Source of the DNA: the human T2T-CHM13v2.0 reference genome, Homo sapiens
Direction: 5' to 3' (one strand)
Length of the DNA: 64,000 nt
NCBI RefSeq assembly: GCF_009914755.1
Contig: NC_060929.1
The notes beneath the pieces were generated by a model that saw only the letters and a list, made by a program, of their open reading frames with translations, ran no database searches and was not told the origin of the DNA. Positions within the stretch are counted from its first letter, which is position 1; each line of letters opens with the position of its first letter. The position numbers and the translations under genes were made by a program. This document shows positions 24,645-37,899 of this stretch, piece after piece.

Positions 24645-25073
24645 TTTTTTTTAAGGTGTACAATGTGATATTTTAAGATATGTATACACTATGGAATAAT
24701 AACTTCATATATCATTTTTGTGGTGAGAACATTGGAAATTTACTCTCTTAGCAATTCTAAAATATACATTATTACTAACCATATTCACCATGCTGTGCAA
24801 CACACCTCAAAAACATATTCCTTCTCTCTAACTGGAACTTGTATCTTTGACCAACTCTCTGCTCCCTCCTACTCCCAGCCTCTGGTAACCACCAGCCTAC
24901 CCTCTGCTTCCAGGAGTTCAACTTTAGATTTCTACTTTAGATTTCAACTTTAGATTTCTATAGGAGTTCAATATAGATTCTACATATAAATGAGATCATG
25001 CAGTATTTGTCTTTCCGTACCTGGCTGATTTCACTCAACATAATGTCCCATAGGTTAATCCATGTTGTCCCAA
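24645..25073 (-). mobile_element. L1MA-type 3' end
   Basis: AAGGTGTACAATGTGAT..GTGGTGAGAACA..TACTCTCTTAGCAATT..TGAGATCATGCAGTATTTGTCTTTC. Confidence 0.85.
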
Positions 25074-25169
25074 AGTAATTCAAAAAGGTTTCTGAATAAA
25101 TAAAAAATACAAATCCAGCAATCCATTGTTCTTGGGTCTAACTACAACTACTACTACTACAACTGAAAA

Positions 25170-25565
25170 AAATGCTAATACTGTAACATTTATTGAATAC
25201 CTATTTACTGACTGCCTTTTCCTTCATGCCAGGTACTGTGCTGGGAAATCGAGATACAGGTAAGTCACAATCCAAACTGTAGGGAGTTCCAAATCTATAG
25301 ACAAAGAAGGGGAAGTAAGTATACATTTTCAGTAGAGTGTGACTCAGGTTACCAGAGGGTATGCACAGGAAGTTACTGGGGAACTGAGGAGAGGTGGGTA
25401 GGATGGGTGCCAGAGAAGTTTTCCTTGATAAAGTGAAGTCTAAGCTGAGTAAAAAGTGATACGGAGAAGCAGGCTGGCTGGAAAGAAGTGGGGGTCCAGG
25501 TTGGTGAGAGACACGTCAGGTAGAATAAGCAACACATGCAAGAAGCACAGACATGGGAACTTTAG
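25170..25565 (-). mobile_element. L2 3' portion
   Basis: ACATTTATTGAATACCTA..TGCCAGGTACTGTGCTGGG.. Confidence 0.65.
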
Positions 25566-25935
<370 letters not shown>

Positions 25936-26523
25936 AGGCAACTTCTGATTAACCAATGTGATGGGGGTGTAGAGTGGGAGTAGGCAGTAAGAGTGGGGCA
26001 AGGGGCAAGGACAGAAGAAGTAGTTACAAATTATTCAAACTCATGATTAAGACAAAATGAGTCAAAACCTGGTAAGATTTGGATAAAATGGAACATAAAA
26101 TCATAAAATGTATGTCCTGATAAATATTTTATTTGTTAAAAGATACCTGATTCAAGAATGCTTGCATTTCAATGTGAGACAGCCTATCTCATGGTTGCAT
26201 GGGCTTCTCAGCTAAACTTTTTTATTTCAAATGATCATGGGATAGGGTCTATGTCTGTGCAGATAGGTGAGAGGGAACACAGGCTAGGAGACAGGCTCTT
26301 GGGGTTTGAAGAAGAAAAGGTTAACATTTTTAAAATGATACTTTTATTTACATTTACAATAAGAAACTAATTGTAAATGTGACTCATCAGACAGTGAAAT
26401 GCCTTTGGAATAACAAATGTGAGCACAAAATTATGTTCACTATAGATCTGTTAAATATACTTCTATTGTATAGTTCTTTGAAAGGAAGAACCATTTTAAG
26501 ATTAAAAATAAAATATCTATACA

Positions 26524-26668
26524 ATTTCTCTTTCAGATGATGAAAAAGGTCTGGAGATAGTGGTGATGGTTGTACAACACTGTGAATATACTCAATGCCA
26601 CTGAACCGTACGCTTAAAAATGGTTAAACTGGTAAACTTTATGTTACGTATACCTCACCAGTTAAAAA
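26524..26668 (+). mobile_element. L1MB-type 3' end
   Basis: GATGATGAAAA..GATAGTGGTGATGGTTGTACAACA..AATGCCACTGAA..CTTAAAAATGGTTAA. Confidence 0.85.
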
Positions 26669-27879
26669 TTATTTAAACCTATAAAATGATAGTTATAATT
26701 TGTAGTATAAAAATTTTTATGTAGAGTAAAACAGCATTAATGACATTTAGCAATCTATGCTTTCACTGTGACCATAACATTCTAGTATATAAATTGCTAC
26801 CAATCATTGACCCATCCATTCTGTGTCAGACCAGCTACACAACACATGTATTGTATAACTTGGATATTGGTATTTTTTCATTTTAAAGATGACAAATACA
26901 TATTACTGGGATAGAAAATACCATTTACATACAAAACTCAAAAAACATACATGGATATTATTGCTACTATCCTGCATGCCAAGGGAAATTTTTAAATTGA
27001 TATTGCTTATTACATTATTAAATGCATTTTAAAAGTTATCTATGAGCTAGTCTTTCTGGAATTAAATAACAGGGCAAGCGTTAAAAGTTTTTTTTTTTTA
27101 ATGAACAAATCTGATTTCATTTTGAAGGAGACATGTCTATCTATAAGCTAATTTTTTTTCATAAATTAGAATGGAGAAGTAGATATCAATAAATTTATAT
27201 TGCTTGATACATTTCTTTTAATGACTTCAGTTATTTCATGATCTATATAGAAGTCTTTGTAGATGTGCCCAAATTTGGCAAAAGTATAAGGTTTGATAGA
27301 GAAGACAGTTATTTTATACAATGCATACCACCCAAATCTAATTTTTAAAAGTTATATGAGTAATTTCATGGTACAAAACCCATCCTCCATTAGGAAACAT
27401 TTTCATTTGAAACTGAAAATTATATGTTCCCAGTGAAGGAAAAAAACACTTAAAATATTTGGAGGTGCTAATCTCATACTATCAAAGATCAAAGATATTT
27501 TCTTTTTATTATTTCTAAGATTCTGGTGTCCTGATCTTTTACTAAAGTACTCATATTTTATAAACTGAAGAACTTTACCAGACAGAGTATTTAAGGGATT
27601 AGTCGAGGCATTAGAAGCCCATGGCTCTGATACTGGCATGCCCATCCACCCATACATTGAGGGCCTATTGTGAGCCAGGTACTGTTGTTAGCACTGATGA
27701 ATAAGACAGACATAGTCCCCTGGTCCCAAAATGGGAAATGAGAAATTAAACAAAACTCTGTGTGTGTGTATGTGTATATTATACATAATTATAATAAGTC
27801 CTATAAAATAAATGTACAGGAAGGTGTTAAGACTAAACATGAGGGAAGGGATCTAATTTGCCACTAATTTTAATGAGAC

Positions 27880-28110
27880 AAAAGCAAAAGCTTTGAAGTC
27901 AGAAAAAAAATGGGTTTTAATGGTGGATTCTCTAGTTAGGAGTTGTGTTTCTTAATGGCTGTGCTAGTGAACTTTTCTAAACTTGTTTTATTTCCTTTAA
28001 AACGAGGATAGCACTACTTTTTCTTTTAGGGTTATTGTAAGAGTTAGTGATAAAGTATGTAAAATACTTAATAGTATAAATTTCATACACAGTAGATGTT
28101 ATTATTATCA
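27880..28110 (+). mobile_element. MIR SINE
   Basis: GCTTTGAAGTCAGA..; GGGTTATTGTAAGAG..GATAAAGTATGTAAA. Confidence 0.6.
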
Positions 28111-30699
28111 TAATACCTCCATTTACTATAAAATACAATAACTGAGCAGAAAGCACATTTAGCTCTGGGAGCATGGAAAATCATGTTGCTTCTCTGTGTC
28201 AGACTCAAACTTCAGAGAAACAAATAAACAATTTTATTATTTGAAAACTCACTCTAGGCTTTATAAAACAGAAACTAAAAATTGTAGGAAATAGATTCTT
28301 TTCTAATTAATGAGGTTAATCATCAGATAATTCAGAACATCTAAAAATCCTTTAAATATTTCTGAAGTTCATCTTGCTTTACCAGTACAATGGAGACCTA
28401 ACACATTTATCACTTAGGCAAATGTCCAAACAAAGTTTGAGAAATATGAATAAAGTAGCATAGTTTTTATGTCAGTGGGAGCTTTATAAGATTTATTATG
28501 GTTCCACTCTAGTACAGACAGGTGAATTCACTGCACAGCTGGCAACTTTTTACTTCACTTTGTGTAGTGAAGACCTGGCATCAACCAAAGGTTCCCATTT
28601 TCTTCATCCAAATGGATAATTTTGCCCAAAGAGATCACTTTGTCATATGTGCTTTCATGTGGTGAGCTGGCAGAATTGCTGCTGCCTTATATGATCAAAC
28701 AACAACAATAAAAATCACAGGGGATGCAGTGTATAGGCAAAGTACAATTAGAGCCATCAATTATTCTCAGGGATAAAACTTATTATTTAGAGAATAAACA
28801 TTACGAAATTACTGATTATCTGTTCCTTTAAAAAAATTACCCAGAATGAAGAGTAATAAAATGTAATACAAATATAAAATGTAACACAAATATCCAAACT
28901 GGATCATAACTACACAAGATAAAAATCCTGAGCCAAGAAGCTGTACCCAATTCTCATACTTTAAGAATCTTAATAGAACTGATAGTCCCCATTAAATTTT
29001 GTCCCATTATCATTAGTACACAGTTAAGACTTTATATACAATGGATAGCTTTACCTTCAAGGCTATTTATAGCAAGCTAATAACTGAGACCCCAAAGACC
29101 TCAATTTACATAAAAAGAAGGCAAGGCTACATTCACCCAGGTATACAAATCACAACTATATAGACAAAAGCTCTAAGAACTCATAATCTCTTCTTTTTGG
29201 ATTTTGTCAGGGATGGCTGGCTAATTGGGGAAACTCATGAAAGTACCTTACAATCCAATTAGCACTTCAGTGCAATTAAGTGGTAGAGGCTTCCCTATTC
29301 TGCAGAGACTGGCTTTGATCTTGCAGTGAAAAGTGTCCTTCCTTAAAGCTGAGGTTTTGATTTTTTTCTCAGTAATTAGTGCTAATTGTAAACCCAAGCC
29401 TGACCTGCTATAAACAGAGTGTTTTACCGCATTTGACACCAGGACCCTAAATCAGTGTTCTCTTTTGTCTATATTGTACTTGCTTATTAGAAATCTGGCT
29501 ATTTTGCTCAACATTTGATGCACAATGGGTAAGTACATACTAAAGTCAGCTGAAACAAATGCCTTGATCTTAAGAGCTTGTGTGGGTATTTTCATTGATG
29601 TCTTTTAAGCCCAGTTACCATAAAAGTAGTTGATTGAATTTCACTTAAGGAATATACTGTAGTTTTTCTACACAAAGAATGACTATTCAAAAGCAGTTTC
29701 TAAAGAGGTTTAACAACGCTTGTATGTTTGGAAAATAAAAACAAAAGATGAAAATGGTCTTTTCATGGGATCAAATATAAAGAACTGCAGAAATCAATTG
29801 CAGAATTCTCCTGAAAAATACCTATTATAACAATGCCTGTTAAATCAATTCATTGTTTCGATTTATAAAAATGAATTAAAATAGAGGTCAATGAGTGAGT
29901 AGGCTGGTGAGATATCTCTATATGGAAATAAGATGCTGTAAAATAGAAAATCCCAGACCTTCTCCAAGGTATAGATAAGATCCTTTGAAACTAGCACACA
30001 GTTTCCATGCAAATGCAAAGCAGCTGGATGTTAGATAGAATGTTTCTCCCTCAAATATGTTTTTAAACATACCCTGTTCCATTATTTAGCAAATGCTTCC
30101 TTCATAGGAAAAATTATACATGGAGGTATAGCCAGTTGAGGTTATAATGTTAGACACTCTGAATTAGGACCAATTTAGTGATCTTGAAATAGACATAGTC
30201 TAGTGTACAGATACATAATTACTGGAGGGAAAAATATGTTCCCAATACAAATATGAATTACACATAAAATATGATGACACCAATTAGCACTTCTTACAAA
30301 TAGCTATTTTGGTGATATTTTTCCCCTTAGGGAAAAAAAATCAAGAGTCTAGTGACAGTTTTTTTTCTATAAAAGACGATATGATTGAATCTGACTAAAA
30401 CAAACAAAAGGTAGAATGGGCTCTTAGAAATTTTCCCTGATTTTACACCTTGTAAATTTATTTTAATCATTTTAAAACCAGAGTATTACAGGCATAAAAA
30501 TTAAACAATAATAAAAAGCCTGTTGAAAACTTTGGGGTATTTGCCCTATCCCTTCCCCTCCTCCTCTCCAGACACTACTTTCAACTCTTGCAAGCCATTG
30601 CGTTGGCTCTTCATCTCCATATTTTTAAATCAGAAATGGCTCAAAGGGATAAGCCCTGACTATCTGTATTTTGGAGTTACTCAGGGGAAGGGGCTGGGA

Positions 30700-31385
30700 T
30701 ATTACATTTAGTACCAGACTCTCACCCCTGTTTTCAGACTGATCTCACCCTCTTGAGACCCTGCAGTCTCCAAGCCCTGAGGCTCTCTAATTCAATCTTC
30801 CAAGAGCATCATTTCCTGCCAGGATGGAAGTGGTGAGGTCATTTGTCCAGTGACAGAGAATGTTTCGAGGAAGGAGAGATCAGGAGATCCAGTTGTAACT
30901 TACACATACTTTTCAAGCAATCCCTGTTTCCACTACCCACACCTTCACTACCTGGCTCCCAATTTCTCAGACCTTTCTGGGAGGTAAACTGGGTAGCTGC
31001 TCTTTGGTACTTTCAACCTGGAAGCATTTTTGTTCGACCTCACTTCTCTCACTAAATCCTTATCATTCCTTTACAAAATTTGTGTGGTAAAATGTATATA
31101 ACAAAATTGGCCATGTTAACTGTTTTTAAGTGCACAATTCAGTGGCATCAATTACACTTACCTTATTGTACAACTATCACCACATCTAGTTCCCAAATTC
31201 CCCATCATTATGAACATTTTTTTATTCTTCCATCTGCTTTCCTGTTTTGCAGGTTGTGTTTTAGGAGTACGGTGATCTACTTTAATAATAATTGAAATGT
31301 GTGTTTCTTTTTTCCTTGTTTTGGGTAATTTTTCAAGAGAAGAATGCAGAAGTATCTTTATTCTGTCATCATAAAACCAAAGTAC
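30700..31385 (-). mobile_element. HAL1/old L1M 5'-region remnant with a small L1M 3' fragment (about 31075-31200)
   Basis: CAAGCAATCCCTGTTT..CCCACACCTTCAC..AGACCTTTCTGGG and terminal TTTATTCTGTCATC..AACCAAAAGT resemble old L1/HAL1 5' ends; TAAGTGCACAATTCAGTGGCAT is L1M 3'-like. Confidence 0.5.
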
Positions 31386-31867
31386 CATCTTCTCTTTTAA
31401 AGATGGGACAACTCTTGCCTGGAATGATTAAGTAACTTGATCTGGCTATCAATGTGAATCAGTGGCATGACAAGATTAAAACCCAATTTGCTTAATTATC
31501 TACCCAAGGTACCTTCCATCAACTACACTATTCATATCATTATTGGAGTCCTTGTGAGTTAGGATTTCAATTTTTTTTTCTTTTTTTGTACATCGTTTTA
31601 AATTGTGTATACCAAGGAGATTGAGAATGATGTTTCTGTAAATATTATTATAACACTAACTGTTGGACAGTTGCTCAGTAGGAAACTAGATCTACCTAAT
31701 TCTTGTGGTGACAGTAAGTAGGAAATCGAAGATCAGAATCAAATCTCTAGAACTGCTTAGATGTGCAGGCATGGAAGAACTTGACCAATGTTGACAGCTA
31801 AGTTTATATACCCTTCTCCGAGAGCTGGCAGTCTATATTTTAGGACCCGTTTAAAACAACATTTTCA

Positions 31868-32109
31868 CTCATAGGTGGGAACTGAACAATGAGAACACTT
31901 GGATACAGGAAGGGGAACATCACACACCAGGTCCTGTCATGAGGTGGGGGGAGGGGGGAGGGATAGCATTAGGAGATATACCTAATGTAAACAACAAGTT
32001 AATGGGTGCAGCACACCAACACGGTGCATGTATACATATGTAACAAACCTGCACATTATGCACATGTACCCTAGAACTTAAAGTATAATAAAAAAAAAAG
32101 AATAGGAAA
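31868..32109 (+). mobile_element. 5'-truncated L1PA (L1PA4/5-like) 3'UTR with poly(A)
   Basis: CTCATAGGTGGGAACTGAACAATGAGAACAC...GGGAGGGATAGCATTAGGAGATATACCTAATG...CCCTAGAACTTAAAGTATAATAAAA; 15-bp TSD AAAACAACATTTTCA at 31853-31867 and 32110-32124. Confidence 0.96.
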
Positions 32110-32584
32110 AAAACAACATTTTCAATATTTTACCTAGTATGCATCCCAAATTAGATGTAAATTACAGCTTAAATATTTAATGATGTAATAGCAAAAAGGG
32201 TAAAAAAAATTTCTGTAATTGGATGCAGCTTTTTATGTTACAAATACTAACTTCCTATATTCCATGTATCATGTGGTCACCTACTTTAAGGTGGGACAAA
32301 TAATTTTATCTAATGTTAGTTATTATCTGCTTCAATGATAAACTGGCTTTAACAGGGTGGTATTGAAAATAGCACATTATTTTTTCAGCTTAAAAAAGCT
32401 ATTCCAGTTATACTAAGGTATAACGGACAAAACTGTACATATTTAAAGGTATAAATATGATGTTTTGATTATGTGTTAAGTTTTAAAACTAGACTTGATG
32501 TGAGTGTCACTGGCAGAAAGGAGGAGGAATAGAGTAACAAGGGCAACAGCATCAAAGAAACAGAAAACAATGCTCTCAGGTGGG

Positions 32585-32710
32585 TATCCTTGGAGTCCCT
32601 ATTTTCAGATGAAGAGCTCTTTTTTTCAGAAAAGTTATGTAACTTGTCTAATATGACACAGCTATAAGTGATAGAGCTAGGATTTGAACACAGATCCAGT
32701 GCTCTCAACA
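32585..32710 (-). mobile_element. MIR core
   Basis: CCTATTTTCAGATGAAG..AACTTGTCTAATATGACACAGCTA.AAGTGATAGAGCTAGGATTTGAAC. Confidence 0.8.
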
Positions 32711-33398
32711 ACTAAGCTGTGTGTGCAGATTAAAGAGTTCCTGAAAATTCAAAAAAAGAAGTTTACTTATGTATATAAAGTAAACCGAGATGTAAGCATA
32801 AAATATTCTAGTACACTGATCATGGTGAGGGCAGGGCAATTTCTTCTCATTTGTAAAAGGCAATTTAGTCTCTTCTTTTAGAGTAGACACATCTGTTACT
32901 CTTGCTAAACCATTCATAAATATGGAAAACATGGGATGAGAAACACTAAACTATGCCCATGAAAATGTAGTTGAAAATTTTGTTCTTACTTTTAAGTGAA
33001 TGTGATGAATCATTACAAAAACCTAATGAATCATAACAAAATTATTTTAATATAAAACTTAGTTTACATGCCAACAATTAGGTGAATAATCCAAAAATAA
33101 ATAAAAATTGCCTCTGAATAAGCACTGAGAAGGAATGCCATATCAAATGCACTCTGTACTTTCTTTATAGGAAAGCCTTATGAACCTTGCTTGGAGTCTA
33201 GTGGCTCTTATTTTAGAAACAATTCTGATAAGCTAGTTTTTTTCCTTGTAGTATAAAGCACATCAAAGTAAGTAAACAGAAAGGATATACTGCTAAAAGT
33301 AGGAATACAAGAACACTAAAACATCAAAAATGGCCATGATGACCCCCCAAAAAAACCCAAGAAAGAAAGAACTCCCCAAAATTACCCAAGCATAACTT

Positions 33399-33618
33399 GG
33401 AGGTTGTCAAACCACAGCCTGCAGGCCAAATTCAACCTACTGCCTGTTTGATGACAAAGTTTTACTGGAAATCAGCCATGTTCATCACTTATATATTGTT
33501 TATGGCTGCCTTCCCAGTGCAATGACACAGTGGAGTGGCAGCAGCAGAGACTAGGTGGCCCGGAAAACTTAAAACATTTACTATCTGACCTTTTGCAGAA
33601 AAGGCTGTCAACACCGTG
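33399..33618 (+). mobile_element. MER58A MITE
   Basis: CAAACCACAGCCTGCAGGCCAAAT..AAAGTTTTACTGGAA..TATTGTTTATGGCTGC..ATTTACTATCTGACC. Confidence 0.85.
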
Positions 33619-35442
33619 GTCTAGGTCATTGAAAGCATGGATAAATAGCTTTCCATACCGCATGGGGTACTGTGGACATGGCACATTTGACTCACACAGA
33701 AATTGTTCGTTTATGATTAGTACACTTTAGTATACACTCTTTAACAAATCTCTGAAAAATGCAATGCATTTTAGAAAAGTTTCCAGAAAAAATGACTCAT
33801 TATTGTTTAATGGATACAGCCTAAACATTTCAATTAACCAGAAACCCATTTATATAGAACACCCAAATAAAGATATCTTTCTTCATATTTCAAAAAAAAA
33901 CTATTTAGAAGTTGAAATCCCAAAATTATTCACTGGCAGAAGCAGGTGAACAAAGTTAAGTCAATTCAGATGCCCTTGTTAAAATATTTTTTCCCCTTAA
34001 GGTCAAAGTTTGTGTTCTTCTAATTTCCTTCAGGTGATCCACAGTCTCAGGACTGTAGAAGCCTCATGTTGCCTAAACTGAGCACACTGGAAACACTGAT
34101 ATTAGACAAGGGAATTGGCATTTTTCAAGAACTACGGCTGCAATTTAAACTACTGCTTGATCTTCCCCTAAAGCATACTAGAGAACCTAATTTCCATAAA
34201 ACTTTCTAACCCAATTTGAACAGTATAATGTGGACAGTGGGGAATACATGGGTTTGATCAATTATGAATTTATATGATATGTTAGTAAGCTATTCAGGCA
34301 TCATCTTACAATTCAGTATTTTGAACACTAATGCCATGCTACATAATTTTAAAATGATGCATTTCAGAAAAACCTCACTAGGGCATATTTGCATATTTAG
34401 AAATCTAATTAACCCAAGCATATCTTAAGGCTTTCAAAAGAGAACATACAATAACATTTTTGTCAGCTGAATGTTTGCTTCAGGCTATGTAAGGATTGTA
34501 TCATCTGGTGTGTGTTAACCCTTCAGCTCCCCATTTTTTATGTAATGGCTGTTTAATTTGGGAGTTGGGCAGATAGAACTTTCCACTCCCTTTCTGGGCT
34601 GGAGACTCTAGGGCTCAGCATGAACAAGAGGACCTGTGATGGTTCTCTTTGTTACCAAACGCAAGTTCAAAACTCTCTTCTCTCCTGCCTTAGGTAATAT
34701 AACTGAGAGCTGCACTACTTGCAGAAACACTTGAATTAGATGAAAAAAAATGACCACCACATTGCATATACAGCAAAACATCCCCTTATATATTTTCTGT
34801 GGGAAAAATATTTCAGAAAAAGGACAGGTGCCCACTGAGGGACACTACCCAACCCCACAGCTGCTACCGCTTCTGCCCTTAACTTTAATTTCGTCTAGTG
34901 CGGTTTTCTTCTATCCCTTAGGCCAGAATCTATGATCAAAGCCAAAAATAAGAGCAGAAAGAAAAGGCCTGTTCTTTAGACCTATCAACTCTACTAGAAG
35001 GCAAAACTTTGCTCCTGCATGCATGGCTCTCTCTGCGTGCCTGGTAGTAGAGGCTGATCATGGCCAAAGTCCCACTTTCCTGTGATTTTTCCTTTGAAAC
35101 GTTGGCCATTTATCTTGCCAGAGTGGAAAAAGACCTGCTGCCCTTGTTACCACACCTCCCCAAGGATTGCTGTAGGTATGGAGGCTCTGACGGCAAGAAA
35201 AACTACCTGTGCTCCCACGGCCTTCACCTGTTTTGCCAAGTTCCCTGCAGGTGCTCCCCGTGTTAGAAAAGCCCAGAGAAAAATGTTGCTCTGGAAGAAA
35301 TGGAAGTTGCTTATGTGAGCGTCAGTTAAGTAGAAAATTGGATTTATGTAAAATTATGATATGCCCGACAGAATCTAGACACAGTATGCTAGAAATTTCA
35401 GAAGTGAGGTAAAAAATTATAAACTTAATTTGCAACAATGTA

Positions 35443-36036
35443 CAGTCAGTTCTTCTATAAAACATGTTTTGAAGTCACAAATTTATTCCAAAAGGATTGA
35501 TATATGAGGGAACAATTTGAGCATAATGCAAATTACATTTGCTTACCGTTTCTTTCTGGAAAACACCAGTTCAACATGGAAAACTTCACCAGGCAGAACT
35601 GGGCTGGGGAGATGAAATTCACAAAGCACACACAAGCACACATCTTAAACTTCTACCAGCTATCTCATTCTGTGTTACGTATGAGCACACCCCTCCACAT
35701 CTGCTGGTACATTTTTACATGGGATTTCAAATAGTTCTACTTCCAGCATGTCACCATAACCTTCTGATGCCAACTTCCACACGTAAACTTAAGGTCTTTT
35801 TCAAGGCGCACTGCCACATTGATTGTAGTATATATGTAGTTCTGTGGTATTAGCATGTATTTCTTAACCACTTAATACGTGTAAAACTATGCTATTTTTT
35901 ATGAGGTCCCCATCCTTTAAAAATTGTATGTGTTCCTGATAAAGTTCTTGAGTGTTCGCCCCTGATTCTCTTTTCTCATAAGCTACAATTTGGTGCGTGG
36001 TGTGATGATTTTGTCACTTTATAACAGAACTGACCG
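35443..36036. mobile_element. Tigger-family (TcMar) non-autonomous element (Tigger13a-like)
   Basis: TIRs CAGTCAGTTCTTCTATAA (35443) and TTATAACAGAACTGACCG (ends 36036), flanked by TA on both sides. Confidence 0.82.
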
Positions 36037-36279
36037 TAAATTAGGTTTCATTGTTTTATTAAAGAGCAAACAAAGGGCAGAGGACAGAATCACTAACATT
36101 TTAGTTGATAAAGTGAAACAAACGTTTTCATGTCTACTGCTAGTATATAGCCTGTTAGGTAGGAACAAAAAGTTCACATGATTATTGGCATTTTAGAGCA
36201 TACTGGGCTCACTTCCCACCCCACTCCAATTCAGCTCACATGCCATCTCCCCCAGCAAACCTTAACTCCTCACCCCAAT

Positions 36280-36600
36280 TCTGTATTAGATGCCTCCACT
36301 GTATCCCATGTGTTTCTAAGCTCCTGCTCATACCTTTGGCAAAGGCCTCACCACATTGCACTGCAATTCTGTGTACTTATTATACTCATTCACTAGATTG
36401 TGAGCTCTTTAGAGCCCTCTCTGAACATGTATTTGAATTCTGAGCATGTAGCACAGTGTTCGCAGAGTGGAGGTGCCCAGCAAATGTGTGTGAAGGAAGA
36501 ATAAAGGAATGTCCAGTTCTTCTTTGTATCACTCATAGCCCTGTGCACAGTGCTTTGCACAGAGCAGGCACTCAAAAGATACTTGCTGAATAAATGAAAG
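36280..36600 (+). mobile_element. L2 3' end(s)
   Basis: CACTAGATTGTGAGCTC..; GCACAGAGCAGGCACTCAAAAGATACTTGCTGAATAAATGAA. Confidence 0.75.
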
Positions 36601-36769
36601 AAAAGAAAAGAAAAGAGAAAACAAAAAGTGTACTTATTTACAGAGAGGCAAACAGTAAACAAAATTGTATGTTGAATTTATCAAATAAAGTCTTAATATA
36701 AATGGTGTAAATGTATCTTTATAGGTAGATAAGAAAGGAAGATGACTCATATTTTATAACAAGGGTAGA

Positions 36770-37330
36770 ACTGTTAGATTTCCTCAAGAGGTTGTCTGGC
36801 TCGTTTCTACCATCCAGTCAACTCTTAAGCCTCCCAACTAGGTAAGTGTTCATTCATTTTAAACATCTTCAAAGTCTGTATTATGTTCCTTGGTAGCCTT
36901 AGACAGGCTTAATAATATTTTATAATCAAGAAGTTTCTTCCAATGTAAGATCAAGCTTCCCCTTACTACTTTAAACTAATTTTCTTTTGTTCTTTCTTCT
37001 ACAGGGATGGAGAACTGGTCAGCATTCTATTTTTATATGTTATTCTTATTCTTATAAGCATTCTTATGATAAGTATACTATAAGACAGTTATTAAGTCAC
37101 CGCTTAGCTTTCTATTTTCCTGGCTAAGCAACCAAACTCCTTTAATCTTTTCCCATATGATCTATTTTACATCCCATAAAGATTTGTCACTTTTTTTTAC
37201 AGACCTTTCCCAATTTCACACTTAACTTTAAAATGTGGAAACTCGAAGTTGTCAAAATAGTTTAATAAAAGCTTATACAATGCCAAATATAACAAATAAT
37301 TATTTCCTAATTCCCTAAATCCCAGTATCA
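36770..37330 (-). mobile_element. L3/CR1 remnant, 3' part
   Basis: AGAAGTTTCTTCC.., AAGACAGTTATTAAGTCACCGCTTAGCTTTCT..CCTGGCTAAGCA..CTCCTTTAATCTTT resembles reverse-complement CR1. Confidence 0.7.
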
Positions 37331-37651
37331 TATGAGTTTTACAGCATGCTTTGCTAATAGCCAACAACCTCTCACCCCATCTCCATCCCTGTTAGTCCTC
37401 ATGCGCTCCCTGAATGGGTGGTGTTTGAAGAGGGCCTGGCACCCACACTTTCTCTATGGACAATGTTCAAAGGTGCCCTCAATGCATGCAACATTCTCTG
37501 GGTCTGCCCTCACCAGCTCACTGAACTGGGGCTTCAGGAAATGGAGCCTGTTCAGGGTATACTCCATTTTAATTTTCTGTAGTCCTGGCCACAGAAGAGC
37601 TAAACGTGCCTTATGCAGAGCAAAGCTAGCCTTTTCAGCCTTGTTTTAGAG

Positions 37652-37888
37652 CAAGCTTGTCCAACCTGTGGCCTGTGGACCACATGCAGTCTAGGATGGC
37701 TTTGAATGTGACCTATATACAAATTCATAAGCTCTCTTAATTAAACATGATTTTTTTTTGTAATTTTTTTTTTTTTTTTTTTTTTGCTCATCGGTTATCA
37801 GTCAGGGTTAGTGTATTTTATGTGTGGCCCAAGACAATTCTTCTTCTTCCATTGTGGTCTGGGGAAGCCAAAAGATTGGACACCCCAT
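37652..37888. mobile_element. MER30 MITE with perfect 8-bp TSD
   Basis: CAAGCTTGTCCAACC...GTGTGGCCCAAGACAATTCTTC..AGCCAAAAGATTGGACACCCC; TSD TTTTAGAG at 37644-37651 and 37889-37896. Confidence 0.92.
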
Positions 37889-37899
37889 TTTTAGAGTGT

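Noticed and set aside
28856-28891. 18-bp tandem duplication ATAAAATGTAA(T/C)ACAAAT (similar small duplications at about 19748-19804 and 49210-49260)
   Set aside because: Ordinary slippage duplications in AT-rich DNA, not a spacer-repeat array
35060-35412. Three overlapping plus-strand ORFs including a Cys-rich peptide
   Set aside because: No recognisable homology or consistent splice sites; locally higher GC explains the scarcity of stops. It may be regulatory, but I could not support that
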